DNA from: Trichosphaerium sp. ATCC 40318
Taxonomy: Eukaryota > Protista > Tubulinea
Direction: 5' to 3'
DNA length: 64,000 nucleotides
Assembly: GCA_038496445.1 (NCBI GenBank)
Contig: JALMLS010000062.1
Span: 372,001-436,000, forward strand
Position 1 is the stretch's first letter. Every line of letters starts with the position of its first letter. A program made the position numbers and the translations under genes. Below, in pieces: positions 13,541 to 26,282 of this stretch. The notes under the pieces were generated by a model, which saw only the letters and a list, made by a program, of their open reading frames with translations, did not search any database and was not told where the DNA came from.

Positions 13541-15417
13541 GTTTGGATCACAAGAAAAAGTTACTTTACATTTATTTCCACTAAAATCATAACAACAAAA
13601 GTTGCTCATATGCAACTGACGTACGTTTAGCACAAGCAAAAAGCTTCTTAAAGGCAGGTATCTAAAATCGCTGTGAGTTAAAAAACTGCTTCCAAACAAT
13701 GCAAAGAACGCAATAACAAAACTAATCCTTCGTACAAGGCAATGAAGTAGATGAAGGACCATGTTGATGTGTTGTGAGTTCAATTTAATGTACAAAAATG
13801 GTGATTTTTATCTAAAAAAAAAACAACGTTATTTGCCTACCAAAATCACCTTCCCAGAAATTAAGGACTAGGAATTGAAAGTAGCATAAATACCTCTCTG
13901 AAGAGACCTAAAGAGTTTTGGAACGTAGCATTTCTTGGATTAGTTTTCCTAAATCCTTAGGAATTTCTTTAAGCACGCTACAATGATAGCCTTTATGATT
14001 CTACGTACATTTGCCTATTTTAAACGTGTTTACAAAAAACGGAAGTTGTAATCTTAATGTGAACTTTCCTTCAATGCAGAATCTTCTTATTTGTATATTA
14101 TCGCTGTTGTTTGTGCTTTAGGCAACACATAGAAACTCTAGGAAGTATTGGAGTCTATTTGACACAAGACGCAAGAAGACTCGGACATTTGCTTATTGCG
14201 TTTGCAATGCCTTTACGAAATGTAACGCCACATACTAACATAAAGATAGTGCTCCATAAAATGGCATATACAATGCTATGTATAACAAGTTCATGCACCA
14301 ACGACTGAGTCATATTTACACAGCTAGTATTGCACAGCAAGGTTTGCCACCTAATGGGATAATTGTTGGTACTATCTACGAGCTATACACTCGATGTATA
14401 TCTGTACACGCACGTTTATTTGAAGATTTATTGTAGCGATTGTAGACCAACTGGTAGAGTACACAATGTTGAAAGTTGATACTCTTTTGTGCAATGATTC
14501 GTCGAGACAAACCAAGCATTAGATGACTACAATTAGATAATAAGAAGTGCCAAGTATAGTACCTCCAACGACGTTACCTCCCACAACGCTTTCTAGCTTA
14601 GTGATATATCTTGTGTACCTGTAGTCTTGAAACAGATGTACACAAAACTAAATAAATACCCAACGTACTCCATTTAGTTACCCTACTAACTATTAAAGTT
14701 GTACATCCATAAACAACATGAATGTGATTTAAAACACGCGCTTGTGGTAGTGATACCTGCAGTTCGGGTGTTCAGACGCTAAGCTCAAATTGGTTTTACA
14801 CTGTTGACAGAGTGAATTGCTAAAATATAAGGCTGTTGAAATAGAGAACTTCAGATTAGCTAACGTGGTTGGTTGCACCAAAGTATTCGCACGTACCTTT
14901 TTGGACGAGCCTATTTGTCGTAATAGAAGTACTGTAAATATTCAGAATGTCACGTGCTAAGTAATCAAGTAAGATTACGGGTGCGTTTAAGTGACGAACA
15001 CACTTAAAACCGTGCTCTAGACAAAGAAAACGATTATGCTGGCTGTTAAACCCGCAATTGGTAATAGTTCGCGTTTAGTACGTGTTTTATGTTACTTAGC
15101 AGCCATTAAACAGTTTACAGGCAAATAAAGTGTCTTACTCTACCATGACGAAAACTGCAGGCGTCAGAAACTCTGTGCCAATAAGTAAAGCGGCAAAAAT
15201 TGAATTTCAAACCGTAATAGCTCCAAAACTATGTGTTGCTACGCTAGATGATTGTTACAATATTACGAACGACGAAATCGCATGTATTGGCTCATTTGTA
15301 AAGTACGTCGCTTATTAAACTAATCACTGCCTCGTTTCGCATACTCTTACCTTCTGCAATACAACTCAAAGACTTTTTAACCGTTTTATTAAGCAAGTCA
15401 GTATTTTCAATTGTCAG

Positions 15418-17130
15418 AGTTGTATACCCACACTACAAGTGGTTACCTTGGAAGTTTGCAGACAAAGTGTACGCTTAAAACAATGAGAAAGCGTGTCCAA
15501 CCGATCGGTTTTTTTCTTAACGCACTGATTCGCTGCTTATCATCTGCTCTAGGGTTTGTAGTCCTGGGTACTGGGATGATATGGAGAACCAACTTGATAT
15601 CATGGAAGATACAGCAGAGAGCCTAGGCATAAAGGACTTGGAGGGATGGTATTCTATAAAACATGCTGAGGTAAACTAGCAGTTACAGTTTTTTTGCTTG
15701 ATATTTCCTTTTTTGGCTTTTTAATTGCTAAACACGTGTTATTGTAGGTTAGAGAATATTTAGCAGGGATGCTAGTTATAATGTACGTACATTCGTTTCG
15801 ATGTTTTGAATTAGAATTGGAGCCAAATGCGTAGTTAGTTCAATCGAAAAATAAAAAGAAAAGATAACTAGTGACATAACTTTGTCTACCAATTATATTA
15901 CTACTTGTTAAAACTTGTGTAGGTATGGCGATTGTTTGGCAAATGGACTCAAAAGTATTTATCCTAAACATAACTGGATTCCATGGAAGTTTTTGTACGT
16001 TAAAGAAACAATTTCAACGCTTATTTTTTTATTTTTTTTTGTAATTGTTTAATTTAGAAGTGCACCAAGAGGTTATTGGAATGATTTGAACAATCAAAGA
16101 AACAAAATTAATTATGTCGCTCAACTACTAGACGTTAAAGATTTGAGTGAGTGGTACACAGTTACTAATGCTGATATGGGAAATTCCGATTTGAGGAGCT
16201 TTGTCCAAATGTACGTTCAACAATATAGTCAACTTCACCTTTTTTGTTTAGATCAACGCTGATTATTTGTTCATTTAGGAACGATGGTTCTCCATATGCA
16301 ATGTTGAAAAGTGTGTACCCAGATTATGAATGGGACCCTTGGCGGTTCACGTACACGTGATTTTTTTAAGTCATTGAAATAACTTACTCATTTGATTTAG
16401 GTGTTCTCCTATGAATTATTGGGAAGACAAGAATATACACTATCTTCATGTTAATAAGCTTGCTGAAAAATTTGGCATACATACTCTAGAAGGATTCCAT
16501 CACGTTGCATATTCTGATGTAATAAGAGAAGAAGGGTTGTCAAGTATTTTAAAGAGGTAAGCTGTTCATTACGAGGAAAAAAAAACTAAGTACAAAAAAG
16601 GTACAATAGCTCTTTAGTCGGTGCACTTTCTGGACTATTCCCAAAGTATGATTGGTCTTCTAGATCCACACATATGTACGATTAATATACAGATACCTGT
16701 TCTGTTTCTTATGTTTGTTTTAAGGAACTTAAGACCACGTCATTGGAAACAAGAAAGAAATATTGTGGACTTTTTAAAAAGCAAGTTTTATAAGCGGTTA
16801 TAAAGTTGTTACTAACTTTTCTGCCTTTCAGGCGCAAAGAAGGCTCTTTACATCACACGGCCTGAACAATGGTATGATGTATCTTCAGGAAAGCTTGCTT
16901 TCGCAGGTGGATCTGGTCTAGTTATTTATAATTGGTATCTTCACTTGAAGACAATATATCCGAAATTTAGATGGGAATTTGATAACTTCAAGAAACCTAA
17001 ACGGTCCACTCAATCGTAAGTTATCAAACTTACGTTTTTTTTACGTATCTTTGAGATTTGTAAGTAATTTTTTTTGTCATTAGGATGCTATCAGGTGCTC
17101 TTCAAAGCCTTTTTGTGGATTGCTGTGCTT
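15418..17130 (+). CDS. Uncharacterised Trp-rich repeat protein (YPxxxWxPWKF..PxxYW repeat family); true start and end uncertain
   Basis: At least 5 spliced repeats: YPHYKWLPWKF, YPKHNWIPWKF, YPDYEWDPWRF, PGYWDDMEN, PRGYWND, PMNYWED, LEGWYSI, LSEWYTV, PEQWYDV. Confidence 0.75.
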
Positions 17131-17499
17131 AAAAATCTGTTCAAAAGCAACAATTTAATAAGAAAAAGCACAGCTAAGTGAACATGTGATGAATCCTGAC
17201 GAGATACATTCTACTATTACCACTGCAACGAAAAGCTGTACCTACGTATTCGTGTAATGATTCTACACGACCATGAAGAACCTCAATACGCAACAAACAA
17301 TTTGGTTGTTTTCTGTGCTCGTAGGTGTTATCTAGCTACGATGCCCATAAGGTACCCTTATTTGCTGTACTTTATTTACTCAAAATACGTAGGTGTTCAA
17401 CAGAAACAGAGTAACAATTACATACATTAGTGCACCTTGTCATGTAATTGTATAATATTGATGACGATTTTTAAGCGCAGAACCTTTGTAATTGCAACA

Positions 17500-18262
17500 G
17501 CGTTCTCTGACTATTTCAATAAAGTGAATGCATAAATAGCCTCAAGTCAAGCAAGGGTACATGTTGCGTCATTTAAGGAAATGATGAAAGCGAGATGACT
17601 GAGTATTCAGGTTAACATTGTAGCCACAAGAAATAACTAAATTGAGAGCACTTGTTAAAAGTTTCAACCTTACCACAAGAACTGATGAACTGATTGTAAT
17701 TAATTAATTGTTTCCACGTAACTTGAGTTTTTAGCAAACCTATTTTCACTGTATGCTCCTTGTATTGCAAAAAAAAAAGTGGAATTCCTTTATCACGTAA
17801 GGTTTGGTTGATACACGGAGACTTGAAGACACTGATTTGAAGAAACAAGTAAATGACACTGCGCATATTTGAGCCATGTGAGAAGGAAAAAGGAGAAAAA
17901 AAGACAAACCAAATTATCGATGCTATTTTTTTTTCGGCAAAGCATTGCGCCTTTATGAACCTCCATCTTCAAGGATTGTTCAGTGCAATGATTCAGCTGA
18001 ACTCCAACCGAACCGAAGTTCTTCCTACAGTCCTTCTCTTTTGAGCTGGGATTCATATAAACAACCTTGTTCGGATTTCGTGAGCTGAACATATTTGGCA
18101 AAGAAAATCACAATACTGCTTCAAAACCTTCTACACAACTCCTCCGTTAGATTACTCCATGAAGATTTCAATTACGACACGTACCGGAAGTACATTAGAA
18201 TTGGATGTAACAATGACTACAACAGTATTAGAAATAAAAGAAATGCTCACCAACAACAAGGC
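17500..18262 (+). repeat. Mosaic inverted duplication of segments ~35930-36010, ~31040-31154 and ~36520-36830
   Basis: e.g. 17578 gaaatgatgaaagcgagatgactgagtattcaggttaacattgtag is the reverse complement of 31108-31153; cataaatagcctcaagtcaa matches rc of ~35955-35974; ccatcttcaaggattgttca matches rc of ~36799-36818. Confidence 0.85.
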
Positions 18263-18695
18263 ATGTCGTTCCACAAACAAGTAAGTTATGCTAATTACTT
18301 GCATGTAGATGATCTGCCATACTTTGGACCAACACGTTGAACCTGCGTCTCTACTAAACCTCCCTGTTGAGATACAACAATATATCAGTCATTTAGACTT
18401 TGAGGTGTATTACTACTGGCCTTTGCTATCAATATACACGGCAACAACAACGAGGTTTGATGATGAATTGGAAAAACATGGCAAGTGGTGGGGTCGCAGA
18501 GTAATGTAGGGTGGTTTTGGTTTTGGTGGGGGTTTAACCAACAGAAACCGAACAGTCACAGAGAAACAAAGTACTTTTGTACACGGCAAAACCGAAGGAG
18601 AGCACATAGAGCTTCGTAATGGTAAACTGATTAGGAAGTGCAATTTTGTAAATGGCAAGAATGAAGTGGAGATCGACAACGGAAGTATTGCATGA
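18159..18695 (+). CDS. Chimeric or decaying gene: N-terminal half of a ubiquitin-like domain + F-box-like motif + MORN-variant repeats
   Basis: MKISITTRTGSTLELDVTMTTTVLEIKEML; SLLNLPVEIQQYI; KHGKW..FVHGKTEG..NGKLIRKCNFVNGK. In-frame TAG at ~18507 must be spliced out or is a lesion. Confidence 0.5.
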
Positions 18696-18802
18696 ATTGT
18701 AATTGCATGTGATTCCAAATTTCGGAAAGTTGGATCAGTGCTGTTGTTGGCAAATAATGCTTCTGAACTGATAATTAAGCCACTTAAAATAACTTATAAA
18801 AC

Positions 18803-21800
18803 TCATAAACATTCGAATTTTCTTGACACAAGCTGTCTGTAAACAAAACAAACCTTAGGTTTATTGTCTTTATCAATTTTTTTTTACACTACTAGTATCG
18901 TTTTCTGGCGAAGGCATAGGTTTATAATCAGTGACCTCGCTTTCATTAATATCTTCCTTTTCTGGCATATTGCCATACTGAACTGGTTCACTTTCATCAA
19001 ATTCTTGATAGCGTTCAGATGCACTCACATCTTCACCAGCAATAGCTAATCCAGCTGTAGCTATCTCAGCTTCTGCTCCTGCTACCCTTGGAGGTGATTT
19101 TCCAGCAATACTGTCAACGATTGATCCTACTCTGTACTTGACTCCGAAAGGACAAATTGAATTTCGTAGTTGAGGAACAAGAACAATGATGAGGAGAACG
19201 AGTAAAAAAAATCCAATGGTTACACCAAATCCAATACCATATAGTTTCGCATCTGAATTAGGTGCTACAAAAACAGATGTATCCGTGCAAGGTGCAAATA
19301 GTCGGACTGCTGATGAACCTAATTGTTTGTAAGTGGAGGAACATTTGTTTGAATGTTTCGAGTTAAAGGAAAAGAAATTATAATGTGGGACGTGCCAGGT
19401 GAATCACAACGACTTATTGAACGTGATTGTGAAGATGTAATGTCCACAATGATGTTGTCAATATCTACAGTACATTCTTTGTGAAATAAGAATAAATCTA
19501 CATGCTCAGTGAAATTAGCATCTGGTACTGCTCTGATGGTTGTATTTGCAAAAGAAGGGCATCCTTCAATTATAATCTGGGTGTCACTATCTATTAGAAT
19601 TTCCACGCCTCGTTTGAAATCAACATCTCCTTGTAGGCGTGTTAGCATTAGAATCAAGTGGTTTCAGATAAAAGATATTTCATAGTACCTTGAAAGCCAA
19701 TCACAACTGATACAACGTCAAGAACAACATCTTCAAAGTTACAATCTTTTGTACAATTATCTCGTACAACAGATACACATTTATTTCCCTCCGGCCAATT
19801 GACAACAGCGCAATATCTTTTTGTTGATTAGTGAGCTGTAGTACTTTTAAAAGAAAAAAATAGGTAAAAAATATACCTCACTCCATTTACTGGATAAGCC
19901 ACGTTTCGTTCATCAAGACCATCGATACTAAAGTGTGATTGAGTAAATTTACAGTTATGCGTGGTGCATACACTTCAAATCTGCCTGTACTGCCCTTCTC
20001 TGAAGAGACTAACTCGATTTGGTTTGATGAAATGTTTGATTGCCGAGTAACACTCAAACTACCACCAAGTGACATTTTACCTGACACTTTCAACTCATCA
20101 ATGGCTACCAATAATGTTAAATCAAAGAATATCACATGTGTAAGTAGTTCATACCAGTTTCATTGGCGTCTAATTGCAAGTTTCCTGTTTGGATGTAATC
20201 ACCAATGATATTCAAACTGTGAGTACCACCAAGCTCAGGATGGCCAATATTTATTGAGCCGTGATTGGCTACAGTACCGTAAATAGTGCCATAGCCGTCA
20301 AGTGAACCATTCAATTGTAGCATGTTTGTGTTTAATGCAGCATTATCATAGAAAATATGCGCAGAACTCTCCTTTAACGATACAGATAAGTAAAAAGATA
20401 AAGCGGTAAACAGAGCCATATCACGTACAATTGTAACATTACCCATCTCGACGATACTTTTTTCCTCGAAAATACAAAAATCTTTCAACACAACATGAAG
20501 TCCTTTGAATTGGTACTCAACAGCACTCTCGAAAAAAAAAGGAGTTGTAAAGATAAGTCTAAAACAATGTTACTCATGCAAACTACTTGTTATTTAACTT
20601 ACCTCGATCCAGGAGCGCCATCAATGCTAAGTTTAGATGCATCTTGAGGAAGGATAAAAGACTCGATGGAGAAACTACCAACAAGCTCTTTTTTGAATTC
20701 TGACTCGGAAAGGATTATATCAGGTAGAATAACAATACCGTTGTTAGAAACAATACGTCCATAAGACCAAAACAAATCGTTTGTAGTTAAATTATAATTG
20801 TCACCAACGAACTCAAGAGTACCACCAAGGAGATTTATGTTGATTGCATTAATATACTTGTAACAGAAGTTAGCAATTGGAACGGGAAAGAAATCAAGAA
20901 AAAAGCAAGAATTTGTTTTTGTACAGAATTGTTGGTTATAACCAGTTTCCCTCCATTGTGGACAGTAATACTATCGGCTAGAAATAAAAAGTTATAAATC
21001 ACATGTTAAAAATACCAAGGGCATACTTTGTAGCTCAGCGTTAACAACTAAGGAGCCAGAACGAATATTGATATCGGACAAAGAAAAAAAACCAGAACCA
21101 AGTTCAAATTCTCCACCATTATCGATGTCGATTGTAAAATGTTGGGAGAATATGGAAGAATAAGATGGGTAACCACGTGTGGCGTGTTCAATAATTTGGG
21201 TTGAATATATTGCGCCAGGTTGCAAAACTTTGATCGTTTTAGCCTCTATACTGCCCATACTAGGAGAAAATATCAGAGAGGAAAAAAAAGAGCGAAAAAA
21301 ACAGGAAAGTGATGTAGTAAAATGACTGGCGACGTTATTTACCTATAATTTAAGCGTCCTCCATTAAAATCTAATTGATCCATTTCCATACCACCTTCGA
21401 TCTTTATTGCACCAGAAAGAGTTACATGTGACCCAGAATACCATTTCGAGAATTCAATAGAACTATCGTCCATTTCAAGATTTGTTATATTAGCGTGGTA
21501 AATCACTTGAACAGTTACATTAGAGAGCCTCACACTATGGACTGATCTTGATCCATCATGAACTTTAAGCCTAAAATCACCTTTTCAAAATGTTAGATTA
21601 AAGCTATAGAGTAGGCCAAATGAAAGTAAAAGGTAAACGAAAGAAAAAAAAATCCTCAAAAACAAACATCACAAACCGTTGTAAAAGTAAAAGTAGCCTT
21701 CTTCGCCAGTGATGTGTTGTAAGTAAGTATCAAATGACCATGTCATGGCAGAGGTATTGTATAGTCCAGTAAATTCTCCATTGACTTCACCTAATAGAAC

Positions 21801-23811
21801 ATAAGGGACAAGCACACGAAGCTGGATATAGCTTTTTCTGAACATGCAAAATACTTTGGGGATCAAGTACTTGATCGTTTTGGAACAAGACTATTTGTAC
21901 CTCAAACATGCTTTAAAACGTACCAAAAAGTTCTACGTATTGAACAGTGTCGCCTTTATGGAAAATAGTACCATCAGCATTGCCTCTACCAATCCTAATA
22001 AACGGAACCTGAAAAAAGATTAGAAAAGTACATTTAAAAAATCCAAAGTGCGGAAATGTACTAACCAAGAAAAAGTCAAAGTAAGGGAGTCCATATGATA
22101 CGTCAATGTTGAATGCATCAAGTTTGTTTATCTTGAATTTTCTAGTAACACTGTCTTCACTAAGGAGTTTTTCTATGCTCATACTAACACCTCCAAGACC
22201 TGTTCTTGCAACTATAAATATTGAATTTTCGTTAAGGTCGTTCCACATCTTTTTGATTTCCCAGTGTGTATCCATAGCTTCGTTTACGTTGACAAGAGTT
22301 TGTACATCAGATAATTCTGTGTCATTATTTTTTATCTCAAATAACTCAGTGTACATGTATGACCCTTGTGGCTTTATAAGCAAATTTACACTTTTGTTAG
22401 AAACTCCATGAAGTGCCACGTGTGATACCTGTAATATTTTAAACGTGAGAAGTAATAGAAAACGAACTGATGCATTGACAACATCAAAACGTTTCAAAAC
22501 AAAAAACTTTTTTCTGCGCTGGTCTTACAGGAATCACGTGATAATATGTTATTATTTTTGTTCAAATTTTTATAAAGTATAATTAGTGTTGTACGTATAA
22601 TTTTTACTCATGCAGAAGTGAAGCACTTGCGATGAATTGCATACCGTGGGAGAAAACTTTTTACAGAAATTCAAAAACACAAAAAAATATTGTGCTATTG
22701 TGCTCCATTAAAAACAAATAAAAGAAAAGGGACGTACTTCGATAGGAAATGTAGAAATGCTTGGCTTGTACTCAAAGTATCCGGAAACAACTTCAATTGA
22801 GTCACTAATTGTACTATTAAAACTGTGGTACGAAACAAAAATAGCGTACAGAGAAACCAGTCCTAGATCTGATCTAGCATCAAAAAATATCTTTGATGAT
22901 GAATTTGATTCAGCCGAGTCAACTTTAAGCCTTATGGTACCAGCCAGACTTGCTGAATTGAAGTCACCAATCTTGAGACCTTTGCAATCATCCTTAAATA
23001 CCTTCAAAGGAAATTATTAGTTTACACTCAATCTATTTGCACTACTAACCAGAGTTACGTTGGCGTAGACAACGACAGAGCCCCATATATGATAGCTACA
23101 ATACTATTAGAATTAATGAAAGTAATCGTGTTTACTCTATATCTGTTCCGGTAAATTGTCTCGGATCTAAACGCTTGTAAGACAATACAAAATTGTAATT
23201 AACCTCACCTTGTTCTAAAAGAAGTTGTAAAGGTTTGTTAATTTGAAGTACGTCTCCAATAATAACGTTATGAGTAAGTGATTGAGGAAACACACGTGGT
23301 ATAGATCTAGCGGTACTACAAAGAACATGGTAAGTAAAGGTGTTCACTGAACAATAAAAAACTCATATGAACGCTCCAAGCTTCTAGCTGTCGCTACCAC
23401 TACATGTCCTTTGTCTATGAGTAAAATTTTACAAAGTGTTAATATTTTTTCGTCTAAATTTGACTGTTTAGATAACCAAGGCGCTAGTTGCCGCGTGGTT
23501 TATCGTATAGCTTATTGAAAAAACTCTAGTTTAATTAAAAAGTTTTTATTCCATGTACCTTGATGTAGGTGTAGAGCTCCAAGCGCCGAAGTCTGTTACA
23601 TCTTTTGGACCCGTCAAACTGTTATTACCGATCCAAGTAAACTCGAAATCACTTGGTATAGTTGGTGGCGGTGCTACAACCAACGTACATACTAATACAT
23701 GTCGTTATTTGCAAGTTTTAATTAAAACCACGGAGAATTCTTACAAAAACCCAAAATTAAGCACGTGATATGAACAGGTACGCGCATGCAGTTATTCCAG
23801 TCCTTTACCAT
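18803..23811 (-). CDS. Large multi-exon single-pass surface protein (adhesin/autotransporter-passenger-like beta-rich ectodomain), paralog 1
   Basis: Signal-like N-terminus, WIGNNSLTGPK, GSLDGYGTIYGTVANHGSINIG..SLNIIGDYIQTGNLQLD, TM GIGFGVTIGFFLLVLLIIVLVP, cytoplasmic tail. Confidence 0.75.
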
Positions 23812-24399
23812 TTTAATATTTATTCGCGTACTAAAAGCGTTACTAATAGGAACTGTTCAGCTCGTAATCGGACCATCCAACTGTTAGTACTTGTATTGTA
23901 ATCTAACCGAACTTAAGTAACATGAAATTAATCCCATCAAAAGTTGCGCTAGTGTTCGAAGGTAGTTTAAATCCAAAATAACTACGACTCGTACTCCTTG
24001 TAAGTATTAAATCATTGACGTAATGTATTTGCTTGTATTTGACCTGAAATATCACTTTTTGTGATAGCCCGATTTTTCGAGACGGTTTGTGAACATAGGT
24101 AGCCTTTTGCAACTCTGCAAGCTACACCATTAGTGTATCCTTATGGAGTATTTTACGTGAGCATAAGTACAGAAAGTTAGGTGTGTACTACAAATCGGGA
24201 GTGGCCTTTTAAAAAGTAGGCTTCAGGTATATGGTAGATCAAAGTATCTATAATTTGGTACGACTGCGAATATTGTGGTAATGAGTAAAGCCAACAAAGT
24301 GGTATAGCATTGAAGGCGTGCCATTTTTTTTTTGCTTCAGGTAGAGTAGACATAAATGCGGTTTGCTCGTTATAAAAATACACGCAAATCACACGTGCG

Positions 24400-24840
24400 A
24401 TAAAAAAGCACAAGTGAATCGATACTGCGACTACTCTTCAGTCTAAAATAACTTAGCCTCTAATGACACTCAAGGCTACTGGGGCTTTGAAAAATAGTAA
24501 CACAATCCGTCTGTTTACCAGAATACAAGTGGAACAGTTTTATTATACTAAAGGAGACACCTACGGAGCGAATAATCTTGGAAAATGGATGGCGTTCGCC
24601 GCAACGTTTTATGTGAATGAAATACTCCCTCAGCAACGCATGTGACGTTTTCAAGTTGAATAAAAGCGCAAGATAGGCTATGAAACCTACTGATGTGTAC
24701 ACCAGCCAACACTTTGAGTATGCAGACGTGATAGATTAAGGTTCAAGGCATTGATTAGTGTATATGATATTAACATAGACGGTTGTGTTTTTGTCACAAA
24801 CGCAGGTATTGAAGAGGTAGCTGGAGCTAAGAAACATATT
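24400..24840 (+). pseudogene. Decayed F-box/LRR family remnant
   Basis: gattaaggttcaaggcattg..VYDINIDGCVFVTNAGIEEVAGA matches the DEGLKALxGV LRR unit with a stop and frameshift. Confidence 0.5.
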
Positions 24841-24876
24841 CAAAGTATTTATGAAGTGTTCTTTATTGATTAAGTT

Positions 24877-26060
24877 CTATTTAAGCATGTGAAAGACCCA
24901 TACCACAGTCAACATTGAAATGAGCTGCAGTTATGTTTTTACTCTTATCAGACATGAGGAAAATAGCCATCTGAGCAATTTCATCAGTTTTACCAAGTCT
25001 CTTGGTCATTGTCTTTAAACTAAGCACGAACAACAATTAATAAAAAGAGAGTTGGTAGTTGGTTCATTCGAACACGTACGCTATTACATCAAATCCTGCT
25101 TCAGGCATATCTCCAAATATCTCTGTTTTAATAGGTCCAGTGCGAATTGAGTTTACACGATACTAGATTCAGCTGTTTCTTTTGCAACGCACTAAGAACA
25201 GAACATTAGTACAACCAATCAAATAATTACAAAACAACTCACCCTTGTCATAGAATCGACGGCGGCTTTACTGGATACATACGAAGAGAACGCAGGGTAT
25301 GCCTAATTGACGATAAGAAAACAAGAAATACAATATACATGGGACTTGGGATTATCCTGGCAGGATGCCCTGAAAAAAACCCCGCGAATGTACCATTGTT
25401 ACTGTGCATGAGCTGTTGTTTACAATGCTACCTCCTTGAGGCTGTTGTTTCTTCATTTGAATAACTTGATGTTTATTACACCAGACAGCGCCCTTGATGT
25501 TTACTGAATAGATCCTCTAATCATAATAATGAACACAAAGTGTATGAAAGAAAACAATACAAAAGCAGTTTTTTTATCAAAAACATACATCAAGCTGCTC
25601 TTCAGTTACGTTTTCAATTGTTTGCATTTCCCCAAGAATGCCAGTGTTGTTAAACTAAAGTATATTCGTAAGATACAATACATTGAACATTAGGACATAC
25701 AGCACCGTCTATTCTACCAAACTTTTCAACAGTCTTAGCAATAAAGTTTTTGACATCTGATTAAATTAGATTTACCACGTACCTTGTTCCTTTGAAATAT
25801 CACATACTGTGAAAATGGCAATACCACCGTTTTTTTCAATCTGAGCTACGACTTCAGCACCACGTTCCTTACGTCGTCCACATAAAGACACTTTTGCTCC
25901 TTTGCTTATGTCAAAAAGAATAAAACCGCTTTTCAGCCTTACCTTCAGCGGCACATTTAATTGCTGTATCTCTGCCAATACCAGAAGTTGCGCCAGTAAC
26001 CTAAAAAAATATTAAGAAACAAGTTTGAAGTGAACGAGTGAACTACCTATCATCGCTGGG
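24877..26060 (-). pseudogene. Short-chain dehydrogenase/reductase, apparently frameshifted
   Basis: VTGATSGIG, KFGRIDGAFNNTG, YVSSK. At ~25160 the expected IRVNSI reads ATC GTG TAA (1-nt deletion). No clear N-terminal exon. Could be an assembly error. Confidence 0.65.
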
Positions 26061-26282
26061 GTTTGTATCTTTGCGTTCTGCGTGGATGACTATAAAAACG
26101 CTCTTGATAAGAACGCACCAAACGTTGGGAGTGCACACAGTAAAAAAAATGGAAAGAAAGGAGATAACAGTGTCTAAAACTTAAACGAAATGTAAAATGT
26201 CCATTAAAAGAAACTGATTTCAAATGTAACTTTCTAGCCTAGTTTGTTTCCAAACACGTTTATTTTTTGACGTCTTTGCTTC

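Noticed and set aside
14070-14700. Signal-peptide-like start and coding-looking fragments
   Set aside because: Interrupted by stops, no consistent splice model or homology recognised
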